In this document: positions 10,801-18,489 of the stretch, one piece after another
Layout: each line of letters starts with the position of its first letter
Position numbering within the stretch: the stretch's first letter is position 1
Virus record (IMG/VR): IMGVR_UViG_3300018432_000017
Location: 1-52,149 of that record
Strand: one strand, 5' to 3'
From: a virus
Taxonomy: Duplodnaviria; Caudoviricetes
DNA: 52,149 bases
The notes under the pieces: generated by a model
The model's database searches: none
The model's input: only the letters and a program-made list of their open reading frames with translations
Told to the model about the DNA's origin: nothing
Translations under genes and position numbers: made by a program

Positions 10801-10918
10801 CGAAGATGAGGCCAATACGTCCGGCCGCTACCCCGACATAGGCAACGGTTGTCGAGGAGGTTCCCCGCGCAGCCGTTCCTACATCGACCCCGGTTGATGC
10901 GGAATGCGTGATGGCCAC
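7838..10918 (-). CDS. large fibre-like virion protein with ~22-aa repeats and a LamG/concanavalin-like domain
   Basis: 1026 aa Ser/Gly/Thr/Ala-rich; two tracts of ADSxRSxGPxxGxxxVxS repeats flank a central aromatic beta-sandwich (TNTWMIIGVSK..LRLGRW). Confidence 0.65.
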   Translation of the reverse strand: MAITHSASTGVDVGTAARGTSSTTVAYVGVAAGRIGLIFAVTKPETATWSTVSGWTNIADFTGGTGSSGVDTGPTRMGVWYRLLDGSETGNVTVATTGGGSTSAIMSVYAQSAGGWDTPVVVTGTDTTHGSSPVAASVGTWPSSVETGDWIAFGYAADTDVTTSFTAATLAMTGYTFGARTQRSRRLNSDGNDTGVSSWDAEVTAGSGGTTAPSLTLSQAATSCGEFTFVRLRESSGGTDVADDIRDGRVEINSIPVTSVVNSASDVRAAISAWRGISATSAAARADSFRSAGPLPGTSGVSSVVSSGADVRSGAPLLGTTSATSSASRTASVAPVGPLPGAGSVTSVVNSGADLRSIGPIVSPARATSAASTTADARSTVVPRPGTGRAAEVANTGSNARGLGPAVASAPVDSDLNIVGPIARGFNNDSYIDLNPGGASAVDGGPISLAFMVYFYDLANGAIIHALNATNDNCYWLEVYGSTIDFGTTSTPDVCPFTPVTNTWMIIGVSKANGNAIPRWHRLLWDGTPTWEHQNGTQLVNDVRSPTSSGKLRLGRWGTGTGEQLNGRIQLGLVEDSVLSDGDFETLSTAFSAWGALDPTVLIELGQDDVATPVTDLSSTGTADQIGILNTTPEEGNPFFSMTATGVDDDAYSVGPLLGTTRVDSGAGRADGSTGVGPSIGSGSVTSSPGRADSIRSTGPFPGAGSVTAVPGTGSLARSAGPLLGSTGANSASSRADSERGSVPTIGAGSVSSIPNQDSQARSASPLLGAGRVDSALAFSVSDSVRSSGPIVGTSGVTSAPGRSDSVRGAVLSVSSVAVVGTVHLGSLARSVGPLLGSTSVSSALTFDLADSVRSAGPLPGSTSAGSTLGIGSTPRGSAPSIGSARIGSAASLASTPRGGLVLSGGRVDSVLALATDSRGGRLLLGSTSLNSLVVVATSIADNVRGSGLALPSTRINATTESALFTETRSWTTLWPGGVGYLFTPGEAPTVDVAPPLAIDVSIPGALLVELDDAGALNVDITPVTL

Positions 10919-10950
10919 TGCACATCAACCTTCCCAAATAGGAACGAGGT

Positions 10951-11586
10951 CTAGACGGGAATGTTGAACCAGGCGCCGTTGTCCGGGGTGACGACGTAGG
11001 ACCCGCCCCCGCCGGTCAGGTCCGAGCCATAGCTGATGTAGCCGATGAGCGGGTCGGTAGAGGAGGCACCGCCGGTGTCCACCCAGATCACGAGGTGCCG
11101 GAACGGGCCAGCGTCGAAGGGGGCCGACCATGTGGCTGCGTCGCCCAGGAGCCGCACCACGTTCGTCCCGACGCACGTCCAGGTCACGCCGCCGTCCGCG
11201 ACGGTCGTCCCGATCACGGTCGGCCACGTCGGAGCCGAGCCGCCCGAGGTGCCGGCGACCGAAGCGCGGTAGACGTAACCGTTACCGGCGGACGGCTTCC
11301 GGATATCACCCACAACGTACGCCGTAGAGACCGCATGGGTTTGCGCCCAGGAGTTGGCCGCCACTATCGCAACCGACTTGGTGCCGATCGTGGTCCCGTT
11401 GGCGGTGTAGCCGTTGGCGGTGCTCAGTTCATTTGTTGCATCATTGAAGTAGTCGTGCGTAGCGGCGTTGGGGGTGTACGTCGACGTGTGGGCGGTAACC
11501 CGAACGGTATCCGTGTCCCAGTCGATCTCCTTGTTGAGCATCTTCGCTACGGCATTGGCATACATATTGAGCTGAACAACAGCCAT
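10951..11586 (-). CDS. virion structural protein with a carbohydrate-binding-like insert
   Basis: EIDWDTDT..ELSTANGYTANG scaffold plus AYVVGD..NGYVYRASVAGTSG..PTWPT..DGGVTW module. Confidence 0.65.
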   Translation of the reverse strand: MAVVQLNMYANAVAKMLNKEIDWDTDTVRVTAHTSTYTPNAATHDYFNDATNELSTANGYTANGTTIGTKSVAIVAANSWAQTHAVSTAYVVGDIRKPSAGNGYVYRASVAGTSGGSAPTWPTVIGTTVADGGVTWTCVGTNVVRLLGDAATWSAPFDAGPFRHLVIWVDTGGASSTDPLIGYISYGSDLTGGGGSYVVTPDNGAWFNIPV

Positions 11587-11619
11587 ATCATCTCACCCTT
11601 CGGTCATTTAGGTGCGATC

Positions 11620-11982
11620 TTACCGGGTGACCTCGGGGGTTACGTGGACGCGGCCCTGCATGATGCGGATGACGTCGTTGGCCGGCGAGAGGCTGGGATC
11701 GATCAGCTCCATGTCATAGAAGCCGTCGCCCCAGTTGTAGTTGACGGTCTCGGAGGCCGGGACGATGATCGTCACCCGCCCCGCAGTCGGGTTGATCGTG
11801 ATCATGCCGTTCTCGGTCGTGTAGGAGGCGAGCACAACCGCGTTGTCCCGCCAACGCCGGATCTGCATCCGGGCGGTACACCCGGTTAGGTCCTTGACGG
11901 CGCCGTTCTCCTTGACGTTCAAGGGTTGCTCGAAGCGGGAGCCCTGGTTGATCGTTAGGTCGGCTTCTAAGACGGTAATCAA
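11620..11982 (-). CDS. small Ig-like virion protein (BppU/LtfC-like)
   Basis: LTINQG..F, DLTGCTARMQIR, YDMEL, G.VHVTPEVTR motifs; TTG start overlapping the upstream stop. Confidence 0.65.
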   Translation of the reverse strand: MITVLEADLTINQGSRFEQPLNVKENGAVKDLTGCTARMQIRRWRDNAVVLASYTTENGMITINPTAGRVTIIVPASETVNYNWGDGFYDMELIDPSLSPANDVIRIMQGRVHVTPEVTR

Positions 11983-12554
11983 GTCTGCTGCCCCTTATTC
12001 TGGAAGATGTCCTTGATGACGTCGATGTAGCCGGGATCCTTGATGTCGATCTCCTGCCCGCCCTTGATGCCTACGCGGTCCATCGCGGCGAGGATCGCCT
12101 TCAGCCGGTCCTTCGGCTCAGCGGTCTCGTCCAGACCGATCTTGATCAGCGCGCCGGTAAGGGCGTCCATAGCGGAGGCCATACGCTCCACCGCTGCCTT
12201 CTTGACCCGCGCTACCCCGCCCCCGTGCTTGAGGCAGACGGTCATACCCCTCATAGGCCACATGTGGCACGGGCGCATGATCCGTTTGCCGTTCTTGTCA
12301 ATGATGTAGTCGCCTTCGGGGTCACGGACGTATGCTCGCCCGTTACAGCGGCGACCCGGAGGCGGAACCTGCCATGGCGACTCCTCGGTATCTGAGTCGC
12401 CGTTCCATTGAAGCTTGGTCGGGAACGGAATGTCATCTAGCTCAGGGTCTATAACAATTTCATACAGACCTTGCTCCGAGTCAGCCATCCAGTCAATGAA
12501 TGCATCGTCGTGCTTGTAGTTGCCCTTCCCGCCCCGAGTGGAAGAAGTGGCCAT
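11979..12554 (-). CDS. putative terminase small subunit (HGG Zn-knuckle family)
   Basis: RC..........PC........VCLKHGG motif followed by helical RLKA..A.MDRVG; heads the virion gene block. Confidence 0.6.
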   Translation of the reverse strand: MATSSTRGGKGNYKHDDAFIDWMADSEQGLYEIVIDPELDDIPFPTKLQWNGDSDTEESPWQVPPPGRRCNGRAYVRDPEGDYIIDKNGKRIMRPCHMWPMRGMTVCLKHGGGVARVKKAAVERMASAMDALTGALIKIGLDETAEPKDRLKAILAAMDRVGIKGGQEIDIKDPGYIDVIKDIFQNKGQQT

Positions 12555-12559
12555 GCCGC

Positions 12560-12928
12560 CTAGACTACTCGATCCGCACCGGAAACCTCGGGCTCCGGTG
12601 GAAGCCGCTTCCCGTTCTGCAGCAACAGGCTCTCGCTGATGCAGTAGTCCATCAGGTTCTTCACCGGGGCGGAGTCCGTGTACGGCGGAGCGCTCTCCAT
12701 GATGAGCCGAGACTTACCCCGCAGGTCCTCATACGCCGCCAGCATTCCGGCTAGGTAGTGCTTCCTCGCGTTCTCCTCCATAATTCCCTTGTTCTCCCTT
12801 GTCCGGTGGGGCGCACAGGTTACCCCGCTCCTATTGTGGCAGCGCTGGAGCGGCTTCGCTCCGCAGTCCTCGCATTCTACCGCGAGAGCGGCCCGCCCTA
12901 GCTCCGGAGTTGCCGATGCCCATCTCAT
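12560..12928 (-). CDS. zinc-finger protein
   Basis: CxxC..P..RC..........H..R motif. Confidence 0.55.
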   Translation of the reverse strand: MRWASATPELGRAALAVECEDCGAKPLQRCHNRSGVTCAPHRTRENKGIMEENARKHYLAGMLAAYEDLRGKSRLIMESAPPYTDSAPVKNLMDYCISESLLLQNGKRLPPEPEVSGADRVV

Positions 12929-13080
12929 CTCGGTGCCCGTATCCCGTCGTATTTGCCCGTGTACTTGTGCCGGAGGTAGTCGAGCGGAAGATCCTCATAC
13001 TGCCCCGTCTGGAAGTCAAGTCGCTTCACCTCGACTAGCTCGCCTTCCCGGAACACTGCTATGATGGTGGAGGTTCGCAT
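12925..13080 (-). CDS. hypothetical protein (51 aa)
   Basis: ATG at 13080 overlaps the upstream stop; MRTSTIIAVFREGELVEV; the longer listed ORF overlaps another gene. Confidence 0.55.
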   Translation of the reverse strand: MRTSTIIAVFREGELVEVKRLDFQTGQYEDLPLDYLRHKYTGKYDGIRAPR

Positions 13081-13526
13081 TAGCAGTCCTCCGGCTCCTC
13101 TTGGATCGCCTCGAAGTCGACGCGGCCGTGGGAGTTGGTCCAGTCGAGCCGATCGTTGAGGGCGTTGATCTGATCCCCATCGAGCGGCGGCACCCCGAGG
13201 ATGACCGGCTCCTTGTAGGTGTTGAGCAGTTGCCAGAGGGTGATCGTGTCCGGGGATATGTCCCGCAGCTCCGTCAAAGTGAATGAGGTAACGGGGGTCT
13301 CCGAGATCACCGGGATATCGGTGGAGGTAAACGAGACCTTCGTCTGCTCGTCCACGACGCACTCCGTCGCGGGTTGGACGGTCACGATGTCCGGGTTGGC
13401 CCGGTCGTAGGAGACGAGAGCGATAGCGGCGGCCATCGTCGTCACCCCGCCGAAGAGAGCGAGCTTGCCCATAAATCCGTCGCTCCGGCGCCGGACGATA
13501 TTGCGCCTTGCATAGTGGTTGCCCAT
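13080..13526 (-). CDS. membrane-anchored hypothetical protein
   Basis: single hydrophobic segment near the N-terminus, acidic remainder. Confidence 0.6.
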   Translation of the reverse strand: MGNHYARRNIVRRRSDGFMGKLALFGGVTTMAAAIALVSYDRANPDIVTVQPATECVVDEQTKVSFTSTDIPVISETPVTSFTLTELRDISPDTITLWQLLNTYKEPVILGVPPLDGDQINALNDRLDWTNSHGRVDFEAIQEEPEDC

Positions 13527-13546
13527 TGAATACCTTTCGCATATGA

Positions 13547-13723
13547 AGAAGCCGGCTGCGTCCTCTTAGGATCCTGGGGGACACCCTTGGAGGGGGTTTC
13601 ACGCAGCCGGCTTCTCGTCTTTCGATGATGTCAGTAAGCCCAGCCATTAGTCATTCATAGGCTGGCCCTCCTTCGGTTAGGCCCCTTACATGATCACCGG
13701 GATCGAGCCTACCCGAAGGAGGG
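13547..13723 (-). terminator. cluster of long hairpins (terminator and/or structured RNA)
   Basis: 15-bp perfect IR 13547-13615; ~16-bp imperfect IR 13666-13723; 6-bp stem between them. Confidence 0.55.
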
Positions 13724-13731
13724 TCCTGCCG

Positions 13732-14787
13732 CTAAGCGGTAAAGGTTGGACCCTGCTTGCGACGCCGAGCAATGATCATGGCGACGAAGCCGGCGCCCAC
13801 TAGCACCATGCCCAGACCGAGGAAGGTGAGGACGCCTCCCGCCCCGGTGACCGGCAGCGGGTCATCGTCGCCCGCACCAGAGCTGGTGTCGGTGTCGTTG
13901 CCGACCGGACGGACGATGATGCCGCCCGGAGTCGGGCTGGTGCTGGTCGAAGCCGAAGCCGTAGCGGTCGGAGACGAAGTTGCCGAAGCCGACACACTCG
14001 CGGTAGGAGTCACCGAAGCCGAAGCGGTAGGCGACACCGTAGCGGTGGCCGTTGGGGTAACGGTCGGAGTGACCGAAGCGCTCGCGGTCGGAGTCGCCGT
14101 GGGCGAACCGGTCGGAGTCGCTGCGGTCGTCCAGTTGTTCAGCTCGCACACCCTTGTCGACTGGAACCGAAGCTCATTGAGCCGGACCTCGACGTTGCGG
14201 TTGTAAGAGCCGAGACCGAAGCCGTAACCGGTCACCTGAGCTTCGGGGTAGAAGGCCCGAATCTCAGCGAGCGTCTTGTTGCCGGCGTAGCTCCCGCCCG
14301 CAGGCTCGTTGTCGGTCCACGGGGAGAGAGTCCGGGTTGCCCAGAACTTGCCCGCGTCCACATCCCACGTCGTTGTTGCGCCGGAAGGGTTTCCGCTCAC
14401 CTGGTAGTACGGCTCGAAGATCAGCACCGTGTCGTTCGTGCCATCGTCGTTGACGTCCAGGTACAGGTGATAGGAGGGGAGCGCGACCTCATTAGCGTTG
14501 CGAGGCAGCCGCTCAGTCTGGTAGGACAGCGTGGTCACGGCCGACAGCGCCACGTCCACATCGCTCGACCAACCGATCTGGTCGACATCCGCATTGCCGG
14601 TCGTCAGCTTCAGACCTCGGGTGACCAGAGTTGCGGTCGCCTCACCTTCGAGGTTGATGCCCGAGAGGTCGCGCCGCACAGTCGTGTCACAGCCTCCCGC
14701 TACCGCCGGATTGGTCGGAGAGAGGACGGCAAGGCCCAGAGCCGATACGGCTCCGATTCCCGCCAGAGCAATGGTACGTCTGAACAT
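13732..14787 (-). CDS. secreted, sortase-anchored (LPXTG) surface protein
   Basis: signal peptide, globular beta domain, Thr/Ser/Pro linker, LPVTG, TM helix, RRRK tail. Confidence 0.85.
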   Translation of the reverse strand: MFRRTIALAGIGAVSALGLAVLSPTNPAVAGGCDTTVRRDLSGINLEGEATATLVTRGLKLTTGNADVDQIGWSSDVDVALSAVTTLSYQTERLPRNANEVALPSYHLYLDVNDDGTNDTVLIFEPYYQVSGNPSGATTTWDVDAGKFWATRTLSPWTDNEPAGGSYAGNKTLAEIRAFYPEAQVTGYGFGLGSYNRNVEVRLNELRFQSTRVCELNNWTTAATPTGSPTATPTASASVTPTVTPTATATVSPTASASVTPTASVSASATSSPTATASASTSTSPTPGGIIVRPVGNDTDTSSGAGDDDPLPVTGAGGVLTFLGLGMVLVGAGFVAMIIARRRKQGPTFTA

Positions 14788-14815
14788 TCTCTTCCCTTCG
14801 GTAACTTACATTGAT

Positions 14816-15029
14816 GAGAGCCTAACCCGCTCATCTCTCTGTCGTGCCCGCCCTCTGCCCGTTGAACCCCAGAGGACACTCGGCAAGTGCAAGTCGCCAG
14901 CACGCTTCCCTTTGTTCGAGAGCCTAAGCCTCATCATCTCTCGTGCGCATCCCGCTTCCCGGCACCACCGAGCCGGGCAGCCCCAAGGAGTCGAATGGGC
15001 GCGACTCCCGAGGATCCGTCATTGATGCG
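14816..15029 (-). ncRNA. tandem structured RNA motif (three-way junction plus conserved hairpin, two copies)
   Basis: two GAGAG-ATGA-N-TTAGG-CTCTC hairpins, each 3 nt downstream of a closed three-way junction, in a 255-nt intergenic gap. Confidence 0.45.
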
Positions 15030-15042
15030 TTCCCAGGCCCTT

Positions 15043-15303
15043 CTAGTCGACGTACCTGACTTGCCCTCGCCCATATTCGTTCTCGGGCCAGTGCCAGGTG
15101 CCGGCATCCTTATGCTCCCCGAAAGTCACGTCCTGCTTGAAGGACAGGCCATTCGGGTAGAACACGCACAACCCAACCGCCGACGATGCCGTCCCCGAAG
15201 GGGCCTCCGTCACCCTGGCAGACGCGCAGACGCTCGGAAACTCGCCTCCCGGGGTGCCGTGGGTGACGTAGTGAACGTCAGACCCGACAGCCGGCTCAAC
15301 CAT
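15043..15303 (-). CDS. conserved phage hypothetical protein
   Basis: P.VG..VHY...A.VT...VGLCVF.P.G..F...GTWHWP pattern. Confidence 0.7.
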   Translation of the reverse strand: MVEPAVGSDVHYVTHGTPGGEFPSVCASARVTEAPSGTASSAVGLCVFYPNGLSFKQDVTFGEHKDAGTWHWPENEYGRGQVRYVD

Positions 15304-15485
15304 TACTTGCCGCCCGCAGCCGAGCCGCGTCCGCTGATGCCGTAGCCCTCGGTCGGCTGGCGAACCTCGCCGGTGCCGCTCTCTTCCCGGACGTCGTGCG
15401 CAACCCCGTCATAGTCCTTTTCGGTGCCCGGCTTGACGGCCCGACTTCCTTCGGGCTTGCCGTGTCCACTCTTGTCCTGTGCCAT
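15303..15485 (-). CDS. small hydrophilic protein
   Basis: GGGAAGGA RBS, 60 aa, translationally coupled to the next gene. Confidence 0.6.
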   Translation of the reverse strand: MAQDKSGHGKPEGSRAVKPGTEKDYDGVAHDVREESGTGEVRQPTEGYGISGRGSAAGGK

Positions 15486-15545
15486 TGAAATCCTTCCCTT
15501 GCTTTCATTGGTCGACGTACCCTACCCGATCGAAAAGACTTGCCG

Positions 15546-15878
15546 CTAGCCGGTTGATCCCATCAGCATACCAGCCACGGTCATCAGACCGAAGATGGCT
15601 ACCGGCACCAGAACGACGTACCCGAGGATCAATCCCGCTACCGCTTGCGACTTGCCGCCGATGTTCCGTTCGTGAACCTCTTTCCAGGCAACGTGGCCGG
15701 CGACAACCGCGACGACCGACGGCACCACTAGACAGAAGAGGAACACCCCCGCAATCCCCGCCATAATCGACACCGTAGCAGCTGTCGAGGAGGGGGCCAC
15801 CGCTACCACCGGAACATACTGCTGCGGAGGCGGTGGCGGGTAATAGGAGGGCGGTTGCTGCTGCGGATCGAGGCTCAC
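15546..15878 (-). CDS. DUF4190-like membrane protein
   Basis: Pro-rich N-terminus, A..S...GI..GH.A.......G...A.AGLILGY. Confidence 0.8.
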   Translation of the reverse strand: MSLDPQQQPPSYYPPPPPQQYVPVVAVAPSSTAATVSIMAGIAGVFLFCLVVPSVVAVVAGHVAWKEVHERNIGGKSQAVAGLILGYVVLVPVAIFGLMTVAGMLMGSTG

Positions 15879-16042
15879 TGCAAGGGCTCCTTCAGGAGGC
15901 CGGCTTCCCGGAGCTTCCTGGCTACATGGACGGCGTGGGACCTACCCAACTCGCCCCAGCCGCAATGGCAACGCCGGATCTCGGATCTGGTGTGCGCTAT
16001 GAGAAGATGCGCAACGGCTTCGTTGATCTCCTCCTCGGTCAT
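15875..16042 (-). CDS. hypothetical protein (55 aa)
   Basis: hand-translated MTEEEINEAVAHLLIAH...CHCGW; ATGA/GTGA overlaps on both sides. Confidence 0.55.
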   Translation of the reverse strand: MTEEEINEAVAHLLIAHTRSEIRRCHCGWGELGRSHAVHVARKLREAGLLKEPLQ

Positions 16043-16308
16043 TGCACCTTCCTTGCCGGAACGTGATTGTGGTCCGGGAGCTTCATCTTGTCCAGGTTGC
16101 GATCCTGCCAGGATGCAATCTCGGCAATCGCCTTGATCACCTCCAGAGCCTGGCTCCGAATGCCTGCGTCAAAGCACGCCTCCCGGTACGCAATCAGCGC
16201 GTGGAGCGCGAGCCGATCCTGCGCCTTGATCGTAAATACCGGCATCGGGTCCTTATCAATCTCCAGCATCCGGTCGCCGTTCTCCGGCTCGCCTTCAGTT
16301 AGCGCCAT
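16039..16308 (-). CDS. conserved phage hypothetical protein
   Basis: GGGAGGG RBS, start at 16308; PVFTIKAQDRLA motif. Confidence 0.65.
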   Translation of the reverse strand: MALTEGEPENGDRMLEIDKDPMPVFTIKAQDRLALHALIAYREACFDAGIRSQALEVIKAIAEIASWQDRNLDKMKLPDHNHVPARKVQ

Positions 16309-16870
16309 CGTGCCCTCCCGGCTTGAGTGAATCGATTGCCTGGGCCTTGAAGTCGGCCGTGTCTTCCCGCCAACGAGTCGACTCCGGACCCGTCTTGCTG
16401 TGCCGGATTCGAAGATGCGCCACGAGCGCATCGTCTCCGGGGTTGACTTCGAGGTCCAGCAGCTCCATACAGAGATCCCGGAAGCGGTCGGCCGATTCGC
16501 TGGCGATCTGGTACGCGCCACAGACTTCCGCATACTGCTTCTCGCGGTCGGTCTTCTCATTGATGAGACGCTTGAGCATTCCCTCCTTCCGCTCGACATC
16601 CTCGCGGAGGTCCCGGAATGCGTCGTCTAGCTTCTCGCGGTTCGCCTGGAGCTTGTCCATCAGCACCCGGACCTTCGTCACACCCTCATGCAGAAGCGCA
16701 TTCTCCTTCTTCAGCCGGATGTTCTCGGCGTTGAGGCGCATAATGGCTTCGGTCTTGCGGCGGGCCGCTTCGTTGTCGGCTTCGATGCGCTCCTCCGGAA
16801 TCACGGCGGGGTGCTTCGGGTGACCGGGGAACTCGGCTCCGGTGCAGGAGTCTCCAGCGGGGCAGGTCAC
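16295..16870 (-). CDS. coiled-coil hypothetical protein
   Basis: 191 aa with heptad-rich centre; coupled start. Confidence 0.65.
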   Translation of the reverse strand: MTCPAGDSCTGAEFPGHPKHPAVIPEERIEADNEAARRKTEAIMRLNAENIRLKKENALLHEGVTKVRVLMDKLQANREKLDDAFRDLREDVERKEGMLKRLINEKTDREKQYAEVCGAYQIASESADRFRDLCMELLDLEVNPGDDALVAHLRIRHSKTGPESTRWREDTADFKAQAIDSLKPGGHDGAN

Positions 16871-17460
16871 AGCTTGATCCGAACGCCGTTGGAGAAAGCC
16901 GAGTCATGGAGCTGGAGGTGCGTCAGCTTCGTGCCCTTCGGCACGTCGAAGATGAGCTTGCCCTTCGTGACGTTACCGGGGTTGACTGTGGACAGGATGA
17001 ACCAGTCCTCACCCTCCGGCGCGTAGATCGCAGCCTCATCGTCCGGAGCGAACTCCGAGGTGCCCGCCCAGGCTTTCTGGTTGAAGGACATGAAGTCCTG
17101 CGGGTCCTTTCCGATGTTTCTCACTTCGAGCGGGAAGATGCAGAAGGTGCCCTGTGCGCTCTCGCCGAAGTCCTTTGAGCCGACGCGGGTCTTTGAGCAG
17201 TCAACCTTGCCGACCTTGAACTCAAACTGCCCGTCGCGCGGCGTCTCCGGCTTCTCGGTCACCGGCGCGTTGGCGGCCTTGTTCAGGGCCTTCGCGCTCT
17301 CGGTCGTCTCGACGGTAGGCCGAAGGTCGGCCGGCTCCTTCTTCTCTCCCGAGAGCGCGAAGAATCCGCAGCAGGCCAGGAATAGCAGCAGGATGGCCGC
17401 GCCGATGAGGTAGGGAACCTTGCTCTTCTTCTTGGGGTAGATTGGTCCGGGGTATGTCAT
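16867..17460 (-). CDS. DUF4352 (Mpr-like) membrane/lipoprotein
   Basis: N-terminal TM, RDGQFEF.V, NPGN...G.LIFDVP.G, LHDS.FS.GV motifs. Confidence 0.8.
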   Translation of the reverse strand: MTYPGPIYPKKKSKVPYLIGAAILLLFLACCGFFALSGEKKEPADLRPTVETTESAKALNKAANAPVTEKPETPRDGQFEFKVGKVDCSKTRVGSKDFGESAQGTFCIFPLEVRNIGKDPQDFMSFNQKAWAGTSEFAPDDEAAIYAPEGEDWFILSTVNPGNVTKGKLIFDVPKGTKLTHLQLHDSAFSNGVRIKL

Positions 17461-17879
17461 CTTCTCTTCTCCTCAACCCATTTTCTGATGTCCAGAACGA
17501 CGTTCCTTGGTGGTACGATGATCCTCTTGCCTGTCGAGGTATGCCCGATATGCTCGCCGGTTACGTCCGCTGCGGTCCCGCCCAGACAGCCTCGACAGTT
17601 GTCCGTATAGAGCCGACCGTGGGAGCAGCGCGCGGTACCGAGCAGAAGACCGCGCCACTTGTGGTCCTCTCGGGCGTCGCGCTCCTCGCCGGAGAGCTTC
17701 TGCACGATATGAACGTGGTCGGCCTCCTTGGGCACCCGCCCCGGCTCCGGAGCGCGAGGAATGCTGTCGATCCGGACCTTCCCCGAAGTCTCGCACTCCA
17801 TCCAGACCCATCCGCAGATCTGAACCTTCCACGGCGTCATGTCGTATCCCGGCACTTCCCCTCCTCTACTAAGTCGCAT
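17457..17879 (-). CDS. hypothetical protein
   Basis: ORF in the gene run; Cys/His cluster RCSHGR...C.GC. Confidence 0.55.
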   Translation of the reverse strand: MRLSRGGEVPGYDMTPWKVQICGWVWMECETSGKVRIDSIPRAPEPGRVPKEADHVHIVQKLSGEERDAREDHKWRGLLLGTARCSHGRLYTDNCRGCLGGTAADVTGEHIGHTSTGKRIIVPPRNVVLDIRKWVEEKRR

Positions 17880-18015
17880 CGCCGGCAGGCTCTGTACTTG
17901 ACATTTCGTAGCTTACGGTCTGTTGAGAGTTGCCCGTAAGGGGGAGTCGACAGAGCAAATCTCGCATCACCACAGGAGCATAGGACCCGGAAGGCCCATA
18001 GCCACTCTCTACCCA

Positions 18016-18471
18016 TTATGCCCTCTTGGGATCCTTGTCCTTTGGGTCGACGGGTATATCATCATCCGGAACGGCCGGCGGGTCCTCAGGTTGTTCTACG
18101 GGCTCCTTCGGGCGCTCTTGCGTCGCCTTGTCCTTCAGGACCGGAGTGCCGTCCTTCCGGGTGAGGCCGGCGCCCATAGGGATCATATCCGGCACCATGT
18201 ACACGTACAGCGCCTCAGGCCCGACATCAGGTATCGAGAAGAGGTATGTTGCGTCGTCCGGAAGTTCTCCGCCGAGCCGGCGCGCGATAAGGTTGACGGG
18301 GATGCGGTCCCGTCCTTCATTCGCCTCCGCCACTATCTTGATGGCCAGGCCGTCCCGCGCTCCCGAGATGATCGGACCGGACAGCAGCAACATGCTCGTT
18401 CCAGGGGTAACCGTGTGCTCTTCAAGGGTCTTCACTTCTTGCCCTTCGTCGGTGCTACGTAAGCGGTACAC
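18016..18471 (-). CDS. hypothetical protein
   Basis: 151 aa, Pro/acidic tail, phage-like codon usage. Confidence 0.55.
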   Translation of the reverse strand: MYRLRSTDEGQEVKTLEEHTVTPGTSMLLLSGPIISGARDGLAIKIVAEANEGRDRIPVNLIARRLGGELPDDATYLFSIPDVGPEALYVYMVPDMIPMGAGLTRKDGTPVLKDKATQERPKEPVEQPEDPPAVPDDDIPVDPKDKDPKRA

Positions 18472-18489
18472 GGGCAGAAGGCGCAGCCC

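Noticed and set aside
13610-13640. Hammerhead-like words (CTGA...GAAA)
   Set aside because: The CUGANGA core and three-stem arrangement are not satisfied
12925-13647. 240-aa ORF as listed
   Set aside because: Overlaps the 13080-13526 gene and the hairpin region; only the last 51 codons look like a real gene
13940-14130. Short tandem nucleotide repeats
   Set aside because: Explained by the Thr/Ser/Pro linker of the LPXTG protein
17898-17903. Perfect TTGACA on the plus strand
   Set aside because: No credible -10 at 16-18 nt and no plus-strand gene downstream
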